From Eledone cirrhosa (taxonomy: Eukaryota), in assembly GCA_964016885.1 (NCBI GenBank), contig OZ024747.1, forward strand, positions 73,594,001 to 73,658,000: 64,000 nucleotides of DNA. Direction: 5' to 3'. A program made the position numbers and the translations under genes. Below the pieces are notes generated by a model that worked only from the letters and a program-made list of their open reading frames with translations, did no database searches and was not told where the DNA came from. Shown one piece after another: positions 24,360-37,919 of this stretch (positions within the stretch are counted from its first letter, which is position 1; every line of letters begins with the position of its first letter).

Positions 24360-24708
24360 ATGTACGTGACGTATTATCTTCGTTTTTTTCGTTCATTGCC
24401 AGAGAACGTCTCTATGAACCACCTATGAGAACATTAGTCTACGACCTCTTATACCATAAACGTGATTCTGTCTGCGCGTAAATGTTTTTCACCGCTCCTA
24501 TTAATGACGTATTATATTCGGTTTTTTTCCCGTTCTTTGACAGCGAACGTTACCACGAACCAAAATATCGTCTTCCTGTCTTCCTCCGGTTGCAACGTTT
24601 TTGAAATATCCACTTCTGCGTTTACAGATTGACTTTGTTAGTTTCATAAGATCCCGTTAAGGGTGAAAGCAGCGATTCTTTGCTTAAACTTTAATCTGTT
24701 ATTTTAAT
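24360..24708 (+). mobile_element. PLE 3'-end fragment with a degenerate HHR (24640-24690, core CATAAGA) ending in (TA)n
   Basis: AGTTT-CATAAGA-tCCC-gttaa-GGGt-GAAA-GCA..TGC-TT-AAACT; internal ~55-bp degenerate direct repeat at 24366 and 24504. Confidence 0.6.
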
Positions 24709-24732
24709 ATATATATATATATATATATATAG

Positions 24733-24788
<56 letters not shown>

Positions 24789-25990
24789 ATGTTCAGTTTT
24801 GTTCTAAAAGTTTGTCAAAGCTAGAGATAGAATTATTCTAACACAGAGACCAGACTCATTCATTTCTATTTACACATCAACTAAACAATTATCTTTGTAT
24901 GTCTGTAAGTGTTTCTTTATCGTTACAACATTATAACTGTTGCTATAAATTCTTTAATATATTCTGTCCACATTATAGCAGTATTTACTATACATAGTGT
25001 AAAGTGTGCCAGCACTATAATCCCACTGATGTGGCATGATATTTTCTTTTACTAATTAACACAGAAACTTATCAAGATGCTTAAATGCTAACTTACGGTT
25101 GCATGATATGAACAGATTAAACTAAAACGTGGGTATGAGACATTTCTTTTACTGAATAAAAAGCAACCTTTATTTGTTCCTTGTTGCTGCCAATTTATCA
25201 CAATTTAGAGCAAGGAATAGGCCTTCTCTGATACATCCCTGGTGGGACCTAGTATAGCCACGTGTAGCGCAACTTAGTTCAGTGTCAAATAAAAGAATAC
25301 TTTTGGTCTAGAATATATCGGTATCTGTGTTCGTATTCTCTAATTAGGTCAAATTCCCGTAGTTTAATATATATTGTTTTTATTTTAAACCCTGACATTG
25401 CTCCATTTTAATTTGGTCATTTGTGCTCTATTTATTGTCTTTTATTAATAGAATATACAGCTTGTACGTGATTAGTACATAATTTACAATATAGTATTAA
25501 AGAGAATATAATTCCTTAATGGAAAAACCTGGGAGACTTAGAACTAAATTATAATAGAGATGTAAAACCAAAATAACATGAAGTAACTATTCTCCGATTT
25601 ATATTCTCAACAAATAATTCAAAGGCAGAACATTTCAAATGTATTATGAGTATGTCACATATGTCCCCAGCATGGCATTTTTTGTTTACATTTTCACTAA
25701 AGTTTTTACTGCGGAAATATGATATACCGATCCATAATTCAATTTGTTTGGTGCCTCTTGGTTTGCATGTGAATTGATTGTAAATAAAGCTTGGTCTAAT
25801 AACGTGACTTCGTTGTTTAGCCGACAGATAAGCCTCATGTAATGGTGTTACCGTAAAAGCTCACCTCTGCATGTTTCCTGTATTTCAAAGACACACAAGA
25901 AATAGATAGATATTTTAGATGTGTAAAAGCAGGTTTAATGCATTATCATATATCTCTCTAGGATGTGACCTGTATTGCTAAACAGTTTAC

Positions 25991-26233
<243 letters not shown>

Positions 26234-27981
26234 CAGCTTGTACGTGATTAGTAGTACATAATTTACAATATAGTATTAAAGAGAATATAAATCCTTAATG
26301 GAAAAAATCTGGGAGACTTAGAACTAAATTGTAATATAGATCTAAAACCATGTGTGTCTGTGTATGTGTGTGTGTGCGTGTGTGTGTGCGTGTGTGCGTG
26401 CATGCGTGTGAGTGTGTGTGTGTATGTGTATGTGTATGTGTGTGTGTGTGTGTGTGTGTAAATTGTTTAGCAATACAGGTCACATCCTACAGAGATATAT
26501 GATAATGCATTAAATCTGCTTTTACACATCTAAAATATCTCTATATTTCTTGGGTGTCTTTGAAATACAGGAAACATGCAGAGGTGAGCTTTTACGGCAA
26601 CAACATTACATGGGGCTTACCACACACACACCCACACAATCACACAGACGAGGAAGTAACAGGAAATAGATTAAGACAAATCACGTATTATATTCTGTCA
26701 GTCATTTTGGAGAAATTAACTATTTGTTTGCGGTTTATGAGATGAGAAATGATTTACCTAATCCAGCTTTTCATACAATAACTACTTGTTCATTTGCGAT
26801 ATTTATTTCATAATTATTTCACAGAAGGGGAAAAAGTCCTACTTTAGAGTGGAATAATACATTCCGAATTCAGAAAAAAATGTTCAGACTAACAATGATG
26901 CCTGAAGTATTTCGGAGTGAGTTACTGAAAGAGAGAAGAAGAGACGAAGGGAGAAAATGAGAGAGATACTTTCTAAGATTTACAGTTCTGTCTTTTGAAT
27001 TTGAAAAGAAAATGTCGGTAGTTTTCAGGAATGTTGTTCAAGAATAGACAAAAACCTCTCAAGAGCTACGAAGAAGGAAATAGTTGTTTGGTGGTTGTGA
27101 GAAAGATTGCAACAATAAAACTAAGTATGAAAAAAATATCAGCAAAAATTGTAGAAATAGAATCAAATACCAATACCAACTGCAAGAAATTACAATTACA
27201 AATAAAACATAAAAGATTTTTTGAAAATCTAGTGATATTTTTCTTGCATGTTGGAAGCGTAATTCCATTGTTTCTAGAAATGTCTAGAAAGTTTTGCAGA
27301 AAAATAATTGTGGAAGTTATACAACTCTATATAACTCCTGAAGTTTTGTAAGTATATTCGATAGTTTTCTTTTTGAAATTTATTTCTATATATCGTCTTT
27401 TATGTCAATAAAAACAAAGCGATATCATTCCAATCAAAACCAAATTACAGCAAATATAAAGAAATACCGGCTTCATTTCAACACATCCTTTTTCTTTAGT
27501 TTATAAAACCCTCAACTTCGAGAACAAATTTGAATTATCTTTTTTAATGAAATTCAAAGTACATTACAAAATAATGCCAGAAAGATAAAAAAATAAAAAA
27601 TAAAGATATAACATTAAATATAACAGAAAAGAATCCAAAGATTCTTTAAACCCGATTGAAACGAATTCATGAGATTTCATATTTTTTTCTTCGTCTTCAT
27701 TTTAAAGTAGTAGTTAATTTATCGATTTTGCTTGGTTAACTGATCGATAGTATTTGGCTACAATGTGACATGAGGATTACATCAGCAGAGCAATGTTGTT
27801 TTTACTTTATTTTATTCGATGTAATTATACGAACTAAAGCTGAAGGAAAGAAGTACAAAGCCTGATTTAACATTAATTTACTGCGATCTGTCCTGAACAG
27901 CTTATCTATATTGCCTATTGTCTACGTTGTGATATTGTTCTTGTCTTCAGGAAGAATACATACATACTTACATACATATAT

Positions 27982-28047
<66 letters not shown>

Positions 28048-28139
28048 TAATATATATGTATATATATGTATGTGTGTATGTGTGTGGGTGTATATATATA
28101 TATATATATATATATGTTTATATATATATATATATACAT

Positions 28140-28255
<116 letters not shown>

Positions 28256-28284
28256 ATGTATATATATATATATATATATATATA

Positions 28285-28337
<53 letters not shown>

Positions 28338-28428
28338 CCACACACATACACACATACATATATATACATACATATTAATATATTAAATTAAAATATTAAC
28401 AAAATAGATATTCTTGTTATCAATTAAA

Positions 28429-28492
28429 TTTCATTATACATATTTCAGAGGTACTTGAATCAGGTTCAACAGTACATCCTCATCAGATAAAA
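28429..28492 (-). ncRNA. Type-I hammerhead ribozyme
   Basis: Minus strand: TTTTAT-CTGATGA-ggatGTACtgTTGAAcctgaTTCAAGTACctct-GAAA-TATGTA-TA-ATGAAA. Confidence 0.65.
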
Positions 28493-28549
28493 TAAAATGA
28501 TACATGACATACCCTGACATGTTAGATGGTTAAGATTTAATCAAGGTAG

Positions 28550-28581
<32 letters not shown>

Positions 28582-28785
28582 CATATATATATATATATAT
28601 GTATGTATATATATAATGGATACATAAATACATACATATATATCTACATACATATATATACACACACACACATACAAACACGAATACATTCATACATACC
28701 AAATACATATATACATATATATATATATCATTATGAACATACATACACAATACGCTGATACTCAAACAATTACACTGTATCAAAT

Positions 28786-30159
28786 GTGGTGGTACAGTGT
28801 TTAAGTTGACTGACGAGGTGGTACCGTGTTTAAGTTGACTGACGAGGTGGTACCGTGTTTAAGTTGACTGACGACGTGGTACAGTGTTTAGGTTGACTGA
28901 CGAGGTGGTACAGTGTTTAAGTTGACTGACGACGTGGTACAGTGTTTAAGTTGACTGACGACGTGGTACAGTGTTTAAGTTGACTGACGACGTGGTACAG
29001 TGTTTAAGTTGACTGACGACGTGGTACAGTGTTTAGGTTGACTGACGAGGTGGTACCGTGTTTAGGTTGAGTGACGAGGTGGTACCGTGTTTAGGTTGAG
29101 TGACGAGGTGCTACCGTGTTTAGGTTGAGTGACGAGGTGCTACCGTGTTTAGGTTGACTGACGAGGTGCTACCGTGTTTAGGTTGACTGACGAGGTGGTA
29201 CCGTGTTTAGGTTGACTGACGAGGTGGTACCGTGTTTAGGTTGACTGACGAGGTGGTACCGTGTTTAGGTTGACTGACGAGGTGCTACCGTGTTTAGGTT
29301 GACTGACGAGGTGGTACCGTGTTTAGGTTGACTGACTTGGTGGTACCGTGTTTAGGTTGAGTGACGAGCTGGTACCGTGTTTAGGTTGACTGACGAGGTG
29401 GTACCGTGTTTAGGTTGACTGACGAGGTGGTACCGTGTTTAGGTTGACTGACGAGGTGGTACCGTGTTTAGGTTGACTGACGAGGTGGTACCGTGTTTAG
29501 GTTGACTGACGAGGTGGTACCGTGTTTAGGTTGACTGACGAGGTGGTACCGTGTTTAAGTTGACTGACGAGGTGGTACCGTGTTTAAGTTGACTGACGAG
29601 GTGGTACCGTGTTTAGGTTGACTGACGAGGTGGTACCGTGTTTAAGTTGACTGACGAGGTGGTACCGTGTTTAGGTTGACTGACGAGGTGGTACCGTGTT
29701 TAGGTTGACTGACGAGGTGGTACCGTGTTTAGGTTGACTGACGAGGTGGTACCGTGTTTAGGTTGACTGACGAGGTGGTACCGTGTTTAGGTTGACTGAC
29801 GAGGTGGTACCGTGTTTAAGTTGACTGACGAGGTGGTACCGTGTTTAGGTTGACTGAGGTGGTGGTACCGTGTTTAAGTTGACTGACGAGGTGGTACCGT
29901 GTTTAGGTTGAGTGACGAGCTGGTACCGTGTTTAAGTTGACTGACGCGGTGGTACCGTGTTTAAGTTGACTGACGAGGTGGTACCGTGTTCAGGTTGACT
30001 GACGAGGTGGTACCGTGTTTAAGTTGACTGACGAGGTGCTACCGTGTTTAAGTTGACTGACGAGGTGGTACCGTGTTTAGGTTGACTGACGAGGTGGTAC
30101 CGTGTTTAGGTTGACTGACGAGGTGCTACCGTGTTTAGGTTGACTGACGAGGTGCTACC
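28786..30159. repeat. 29-bp minisatellite, ~47 copies (GAGGTGGTACCGTGTTTARGTTGACTGAC)
   Basis: Exact 29-bp period, no spacers. Confidence 0.97.
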
Positions 30160-30238
30160 CTCCGTTTTTCCGTTGCTTCTATTTGTATTTTCTTTGTACT
30201 GTACTATTTGAAAGACTTAGCCATGCAGGAGTTTTTGA

Positions 30239-30281
<43 letters not shown>

Positions 30282-30282
<1 letters not shown>

Positions 30283-31627
30283 TCTCTGGCGCCCGGCTAG
30301 ATATACCGGCATTTTATCTTTTCAGGAATCCCCCCTACACTCTAGTGCAAAGGTACCGCACGTCCTCTCAAGTCAGCGGGGTGGGGGCAGGGAGCGGTAA
30401 CGTGCTCTGATGTTAGGTTTGAATAGTTTTTAGCATTCCCCAGATCAGCAGCCAGTACGTTAAAGCAAATTGATAGTTACAACAATAAAGGCTGAACAGA
30501 GAACACATTTTTTAACAAACAATAATTTGTACAACCATAATGGAAATTCCAAGTAACAGAAAATATTTAAATTACATTGTTAGAGCCTCAGAGTATACAA
30601 TATTTTTTGTTCGGCCGTCCGGGCAAAGATGAAGATATTGTTTGGTGAACTCACCCTAGAGCATCCTACATACAATTGATCATGGCAGAATCATTGATGT
30701 AGACGTTGACCTCTGGACACTCCTGTCAGGAGCAGGTAAGCTGTAGTGACTTAGAGGCCTATCGCCAATCTCCATGACACTGTTTTCAACACAAATGAGC
30801 GCCTCATTGTAAACGACATCGTATTTTACGTTCGGATTGTGTCTGCGTGTGCGGGGAAGGATGCCCTCAGCTAGACTTTCGTGGTGGTTGTTCCACATTG
30901 CGAGAGGGTCGGCGAGATCGCAGTTGTGCAGCATAATAGCAAAAGGTTTTCGCAGCTGAGAAGGGACTTTAGCAGTTGCTGCATCTTGCAGGGTGAGGTA
31001 CCAATGGCTGTCATCGTGTAACATACCACGCATCTAGCAAGCCAAATGGTAAGTGGAAAATTGATGTCCATTGATGATTCTCAGATCTTGGAGAGACTGT
31101 GATCCTCTAACCTCGAACAGTAACAATGACGATAAGCCATCTGTGCTTTCGTGAAATGAATAGGTTTTTGTTTTTGTGTATGCAAAACTATCTGTACACG
31201 AATATATATATATTAAAATTACAGATTAAAGTTTGAGCAAAGAATCGCTGCTTTCACCCTTAACGGGATCTTCTGAAACTATAAAAATCAGTCTAATGAA
31301 GGCACTCAGACATACAGAGACATATTATAAGGGCGCTACGTTATAGCTATGTATCTATCTAAAAAGACAGACTAAAAAAAAGAGGGGAATGGTGTGCGAC
31401 GTCATAAGAAAAAGTGAGGAATGACGTATAACCGGAAGTGTTGCATTTGAAATTTTAAAGAAGTGAATATTTAAATAATGTCTTTAATCTTTTAACAAAA
31501 TTCAGTAGACAAAAGTACCCTCACTTTTTTACTTGGAAAAAGTTACATCTATGGTGCAAATTTGGTGGTATTTGAGCCAACCGTTTGGCGGAAAGTTTGT
31601 TACCTACATACGGCCGTCAGCTTTATA

Positions 31628-31635
<8 letters not shown>
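30282..31635 (-). mobile_element. Internally deleted, degenerate Helitron
   Basis: Minus-strand RepHel remnants LLLFEVRGSQSLQDLRIING..C*MRGMLHDDSHW..PSQLRKPFAIML..C..ADPLAMW (31125-30720) joined to the helicase end HDQLYVGCSRV..RTKNIVYSEAL (30685-30580); GC hairpin near 30286-30310; tatactataaagctga-type 5' end near 31630; boundaries approximate. Confidence 0.8.
31230..31280 (-). ncRNA. Hammerhead, CAGAAGA core variant, in a PLE 3' fragment nested in the Helitron
   Basis: Minus strand: AGTTT-CAGAAGA-tCCC-gttaa-GGGt-GAAA-GCA-gcgattctt-TGC-TC-AAACT, then a short (TA)n. Confidence 0.65.
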
Positions 31636-31674
<39 letters not shown>

Positions 31675-31677
<3 letters not shown>

Positions 31678-33230
31678 TAAAGATACTTTTTATGGTTATG
31701 TATATACTAAAACCTTTTATAGTTATATATATTTTAAACCCTAAATAGAGAAAGACAGTAATTTATTACTACCTTATTACCAGTAAGATAAATAGCTCAA
31801 TGTAATAACATCAGTTGTTCTACAGAGCAGTTATATAGAAATTACATGAATCAAAGTTCTGTTCAAACCATTTATTCGCTTACAATTGTTTCTTCCAAAC
31901 CGAGGTTTGGAGTCTTCGGAGCAATTTTTCAATGATTGTTTACATACATGACCTCCTTTCCAACACAAGAGACATACAGAAACATATATATATATCGATG
32001 TACAGTGGGGTGACATCCATTATAATAATATAGCATGGTAATTTACATTCAAAGATTAAAGTCATATTAAAACACATTGTAAGTGAGAATTGATCTCTGG
32101 TCTACCCTAGTGATATTTAACTTTGCCATGCAATCAGACATGCACTGACCCAGAGCTTACCAGGAGTTATATATATAGAAGTGATTCTAATAAAACCCTG
32201 CCAGATTCTGCGGGTAGACTACACTTACAAAGATCATTGATTTGGGGATCTGACTCTTCAAGTGGAATATTCACTTGTGGCACTCTATGATAGAGGGTAA
32301 TCATCCTAATATGAACACCTTTAGTACTTCTTGATAGACTACACTGTAATTTATAGATAGGATACTTACATTTTAGAAACTGTTTATAACCTTATATGAT
32401 AGGGACTCATTTGAGACACCATTTAATGTACATTAGGATAATAAATTTAGTTATAGAAATCAGCTAGTTACCTCCCCTCACGCATTAACTCCCCTTAATC
32501 ACACACACACTTCCGGAAAATAATACGATGTCAATTCTCGCAACAAAAACAACCTGCTCTATAAAATTGGATTAAAGAACAACAAGCTGTAATATTCTAA
32601 CATAATTCATCAAGCATCAAATACTGAATCATCGTAGATTATGTGAAGGACATATAATCTATATATTACGTTTCCTGGATTGTGAAAATGGTGGTGTATA
32701 CGAAAACCATAACATTGTTTTGCTTCTCATTTTTAATATTTTTAATATTTCTCTGCACACAAGCTTCTATATCATACATATAAAAAAATACTTTACCAAT
32801 ACAACCCCCATAATACTATTGATTGCCTGCTTAAAGTGCTTGTATTACATATAACAGCCTGCCGCACCATAATCTTATATAAATAAGACACATGTGCATG
32901 CCCCATGTGTATCTATTGCATACACTAACTACTTCTAACTATCCTCTTGCATTATCTTCGTAAACTGCCAATGTTGTATCTTAACTTTAATTTTGTTTTC
33001 TTTTAATATGACTTTAATCTTTGAATGTAAATTGCCATGCTAAAATATTATAATGGATGTCAACCCACTGTGCATCAATATATACATATGTTTCTGTATG
33101 TCTCTTGTGTTGGAAAGGAGGTCATGTATGTAAACAATCATTGAAAAATTGCTCCGAAGACTCCAAACCTCGGTTTGGAAGAAACAATTGTAAGCGAATA
33201 AATGGTTTGAACAGAACTTTGATTCATGTC

Positions 33231-33232
<2 letters not shown>
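31675..33232. mobile_element. PLE-derived element with ~229-bp inverted arms (31844-32072 / 33001-33229), 928-bp spacer and outward-facing CCGAAGA HHRs (31877-31923 -, 33149-33197 +), between (TA)n tracts
   Basis: Mirror ORF-track peptides 31831-32016(-) and 33057-33338(+); arms and tail homologous to 19157-19828. Confidence 0.8.
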
Positions 33233-33273
<41 letters not shown>

Positions 33274-33948
33274 TAAAAGGAAAAGAAAATGCTGACAATT
33301 TTTTCCAAGTGAAAAATAGTTTAATTAGGAATAAGTAAAAATTAGTAATAAGTATTGGTTAGTATTCAGTTTTAGTTTTAAGTATTTACCGGTTGCGCAT
33401 TTCTAATACTTTTCAAAAATAATTTTGAGATAGAACGCCCGTGATGTTTGCTCTAATCTGATCTGTTTTGGAAGTTCTACCTGTTTTATGTGAAAAAAGT
33501 GACTCCAGAGGTATTAAGATTCGGTTGGTTGTTGAATGTCACGTGAATGAGTACTATAGGTTTCGCGCCAATTTGTGTTGCAAAAATTCTTGTAGGCAAA
33601 ACAATTTTGATTGGTCGGTAGAGGTCACGTGAATGTTAAAAATTGATTTTGCGCCAAATGTAGGTTTGTCGAAGAGTGTCCTTTTTCGCCTGATTGAGAA
33701 GTCACTGAAAAATAAGTCTTTTAAGACAAATATGTGTGTGTGTGTGTAGCAGAGTGATTCGTGGTAGAGGGATTCGGTCAGTAGAAATGTGTCTGCACGT
33801 GTGTGGGGGATATTTTAACATGTTGAAAGATATTTTTCAGCTCTTGTCTTATACGGAGAAGTGTGTGTGCGTGTGTGTGTGTGTATGTCTGTTTGTATGT
33901 TAGTGTACGCGTGTGTATGTGTGTGTGTATATGTGTGTGTGTATATGT

Positions 33949-34041
<93 letters not shown>

Positions 34042-34497
34042 TGGACCAGTATTTTTGTGATACTGGTAAAAATGATGTACATTATTCGATATATTCAGTA
34101 ATTTGCAAAAACGATTCTCTCAAAAGAACATCAAAAACATTAATAATAAAAGGGGTGAAATGATATATAGTATTGTCATAACACCAAGGTGTGTGTGAGT
34201 GTCCAGATTGTACGTACTGCAAGGAGGATCCATTAGGCCCTGCCGTATGGGAATACTTGTGTACAAATATGTATGTGCCCATCAGTGTGCAATGCATGTG
34301 TGCGTACATGTATGTGTGTGCGTCGGCACGTTTATATCTATAGACATCAAAAGGTATGCAAATTTGTGTATATTTGTGTTGCACCATAGAACATGTGTGT
34401 TTACGTATGTCATTGTGTTTATATGTGGATAGAGTTGTATGTAGGATGTGTGCTGATGTAGGTATGTATGTTGACGTGTGTATGTTGTGGGTTAGTC

Positions 34498-34747
34498 TTA
34501 GGGAGAAGTGTTTAGACGGGTTCCGTATTTGTTAATAAAGTGAGATTCCTTGCTGATGCGTTGGGTGTGGGTGGCATTATCTTTAAATTTGTAGAGGGGA
34601 AAGATTCTAAAGTTGGGATGATTTGGGGCTGCACAGGTATCAATGTGTTCACTCAGTAGTATTTTCCTGTATTCCCGTATTTTGATTTGGGATCTATGGA
34701 CAGTCATGCGTTGGCGGAGGTCGTTTTTGGTCTGGCCTATGTATTGA

Positions 34748-34749
<2 letters not shown>
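34498..34749 (-). pseudogene. 5'-truncated GIY-YIG endonuclease C-terminus of a second PLE family (Penelope/Neptune type)
   Basis: QYIGQTKNDLRQRMTVHRSQI..LSEHIDTC..R..KESHFINKYGTRLN*. Confidence 0.85.
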
Positions 34750-34824
<75 letters not shown>

Positions 34825-34829
<5 letters not shown>

Positions 34830-35020
34830 AAAAAGTATGACCCCGACGGTAGAGCTCAAGCCGTTTCGACGGCTATTTCTCGACGAGTCCAGAAATAGCC
34901 ATCGAAACGGCTTGAGCTCTGCCGTCGGGGTCATACTTTTTCCTATTTCCCACTCTACTACCCTAAGTATTGAGTACTCTGGTGCGTTATGGTCCATCTG
35001 GTTCCTTACCACAATTCCTT

Positions 35021-35027
<7 letters not shown>
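34825..35027. mobile_element. Fold-back half-hammerhead element in (TA)n
   Basis: 56-bp arms 34825-34880 / 34891-34946; each arm reads GAAAC-GG(C/T)..(G/A)CC-GTC-GGGGTCATAC, the 3' half of an HHR; ~80-nt tail. Confidence 0.75.
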
Positions 35028-35112
<85 letters not shown>

Positions 35113-35420
35113 ATGTATGTGTATTTATGTGTGTGCTTATCACTTGTAGAAGACCCTACTGTCTTATATGAATATCAGGTAACGTCTGGTAATGCGGGGT
35201 ATTTCTCATATTTCATCCGAATCCCTTCTAAGTTTATTAATATAAAATACAACCACTGCCTTATACTTTAAATCATGATGCATTGTACATATGTAAACAC
35301 ATATGAAGCGATAAGTATGTACAATTTCCCATATGTGGTAGCTTTAAATATAAGAATAGAGCATTGAAAATATCGTTAAGGTATGTTATAATGTCATAGT
35401 GTAGAATACTATATGATTAC

Positions 35421-35683
35421 TCAGGAGATAGAGTTATATATTTTCTGACAGCTGAAAAGTTTAATTTTGAGAGTTGTCTTTGTCTGGTGCGGAAAGGAGA
35501 ATGGCATATTTCACCTCCAATGCCTTTTGCATTTCTGAAAATGGAATCTGCTTTCGATCCATCAATTTGCCGAATAGGAGTCCAAGCCATGTTTCCAACA
35601 TTTACTCTATTGATATATAGTGTTCCTTCAAGTAATATAATGCACAGGAGCAATGGACAAAAGTGTGTAGAATTTCGTTTCAT
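35421..35683 (-). CDS. Possible isolated coding exon with a signal-peptide-like start
   Basis: AG|ATG start, hydrophobic PLLLCIILLEG, ends at GA|GTAATC; weak polypyrimidine tract and no recognisable domain. Confidence 0.22.
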
Positions 35684-35772
35684 CTATTTATTCGCCAAGA
35701 TTTCTATCAACACGAACAGAGTTCCTCCATCTATCATAATTTTGAAAAAAGAAAAAAAAAAAAAAAAAAAAG

Positions 35773-35803
<31 letters not shown>

Positions 35804-36513
35804 ACAGATTCACACTCACAGAGTATATAGCGAAGTTGGGTTTAATAGCTAACTTATACAAAAACCTATGTTGAAGCATTCCATCATAAATATGTATTCT
35901 TCGCCATCACCCAGGTACATAAATAAACATGACAGAAATATATGACTTTTACTTAACACTCTATTTACCGTGTACTCGAGGATGGCTTCATTAATCATGC
36001 TATTCATCACCTACTGACATGCATATCTTAGAATTCTCCATTAAGGGAAGCAATAAATGGGAAATTATGACAGATGGGAAGAAATTTCATTGGAGATGTA
36101 CTTTGCCATTTTTGTGAAGCCATTGTGCTTTCTCGGGATTGGGTTTACTTAAGAGACAACTGGGGATTAATGATGCTTATATACAACTAAATAGATCCGC
36201 CTCGTATAAATAGTTATAGCAAGATTTGATAACTGATTCATTTCTAATGATACAATATCACAAGTTGACGATAAAAATTCGTCATCTTCTGACTCAAATC
36301 TCAGACATATTTCTACATAACTAGTAGCAACAAGAACAAAGATATCAGTCCTACTACCCCTCACAAAGTTTAGCCCTTATAGACATTTGGGTAAAATGTA
36401 TACCAATATATTAGAGGAAATGGACTTGGAAAGGGTAAAGATCGAATATTCAGGAGCAAAATACTTTCGAAGCTCATATAATACTAAATGTGGCGTAGGT
36501 GTTTTTCACAAAT

Positions 36514-36703
36514 AATTGTTTCTACTTTTGGCACAAGGCCAGCAATTATCCCAGTGTATTACTGGTACTTTATTTTATCGACCCTGTAACGTAAGGATGA
36601 AAGGCAAATTTAACCTCGGCGGGATTTGAACTCAGTCCGTAAAGGGACTTAACTGTGCTGCAAAGCATGGCGTCCGACCCTCTACCGATACTGCCAATCC
36701 CCC
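36514..36703 (-). mobile_element. Full-length tRNA-derived SINE
   Basis: Minus strand: A-box tggcagtatcgg, B-box gagttcaaatccc, Nin-like core; flanked by the direct repeat tgtttttcacaaataat (36501-36517 / 36704-36720), a probable TSD. Confidence 0.8.
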
Positions 36704-36929
36704 TGTTTTTCACAAATAATATTAGCACAAGTACACCAGTAGTAGATTGTTCAACATTGAAACGATCGTATGGAATAGCATTTCTAATGATGTACGATTT
36801 TTACACTCCACTGGTGTGTTAATAAATGCAATTACTTAACACATCAAGCATTGTTCTCCGATTTAATACTAGTCCGTTTGTTCTATGTTTCTATGTATTT
36901 AGAATACCAATAATATATCTCTCTCTATA

Positions 36930-36960
<31 letters not shown>

Positions 36961-37475
36961 AGTGAGTGTGTGTGCGTGTGTGTGCATGTGTGTGCATATG
37001 AGTATGTGTATATATATAGATAGATGCTTGTATATACTTCAACACATCCATGCAACTACACACTCCTATATAATTATGTATCTAGTTCATTCAATCGCTC
37101 CTAGATTGCATGTAGCAAACGATAAGAGTAATGCTTCCGCTTTATTTCTATACGCGCCTTAATGAAGCAGGATTGGATGTTGTTAGCCAAGCAGAACATT
37201 TTTCATATTGCTTAGATTATTGATTAGCCATGTCCAGTAAGAGCAGTTCACATTGTAAACTAGACGCTGCATGTGTTAAATGTTCATTGAAAGCACGTGA
37301 AACTGTGTTAGGTTGTGTAGTGACTCCAGGTTTCTAAAATAAACAGTAACAGCAGGACGGCTGTAGATCATTCGAGATCATTCAATTAAATTATTTCATG
37401 TTTATTACATTTATCTTGTACATAATTGAATCTATTTATCCATATCCTTTTTCTTTCTGTCTGTATTGTTATTTC

Positions 37476-37554
<79 letters not shown>

Positions 37555-37919
37555 GTCTGTAAATAGCCTCAATATCACCGGGTATCTCTCCTGTCACCAT
37601 AGCCAATACTTCACCTCGAAGTCCGGTCTTCTACGTATTGATGATAATTACTAACAAACTACAAAGTCTAGTCGCAACAGAGAATGTTTTCTTCCACGAG
37701 ACGCTTCTATACAAACACACCGTCAACCCTATGCCAGCCAGTTCCCTCGTCTGATTGGCATGACGTCATCCAGAAATACTAACCTCTAACTTACAGATGT
37801 ACTATTTCCTTCCTCTCACTATTATACAGCAGTTGGGGGTAGGTTTCTGTTGTTCGGAGTATGGTAGTCTCGTATTCCCTTCTCTTGGGCATTAGAACAA
37901 ACGTATTACTCCCCGAGTT

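Noticed and set aside
26780-27351. Purine-rich, Lys/Glu-biased ORF-like stretch (also 57644-58080 and 36167-36364)
   Set aside because: No recognisable domain or splice structure; may be decayed coding DNA but cannot be supported
28786-30159. CRISPR array or telomeric repeat
   Set aside because: Head-to-tail 29-mers without spacers, eukaryotic context, no cas genes; TTAGG is only part of the unit
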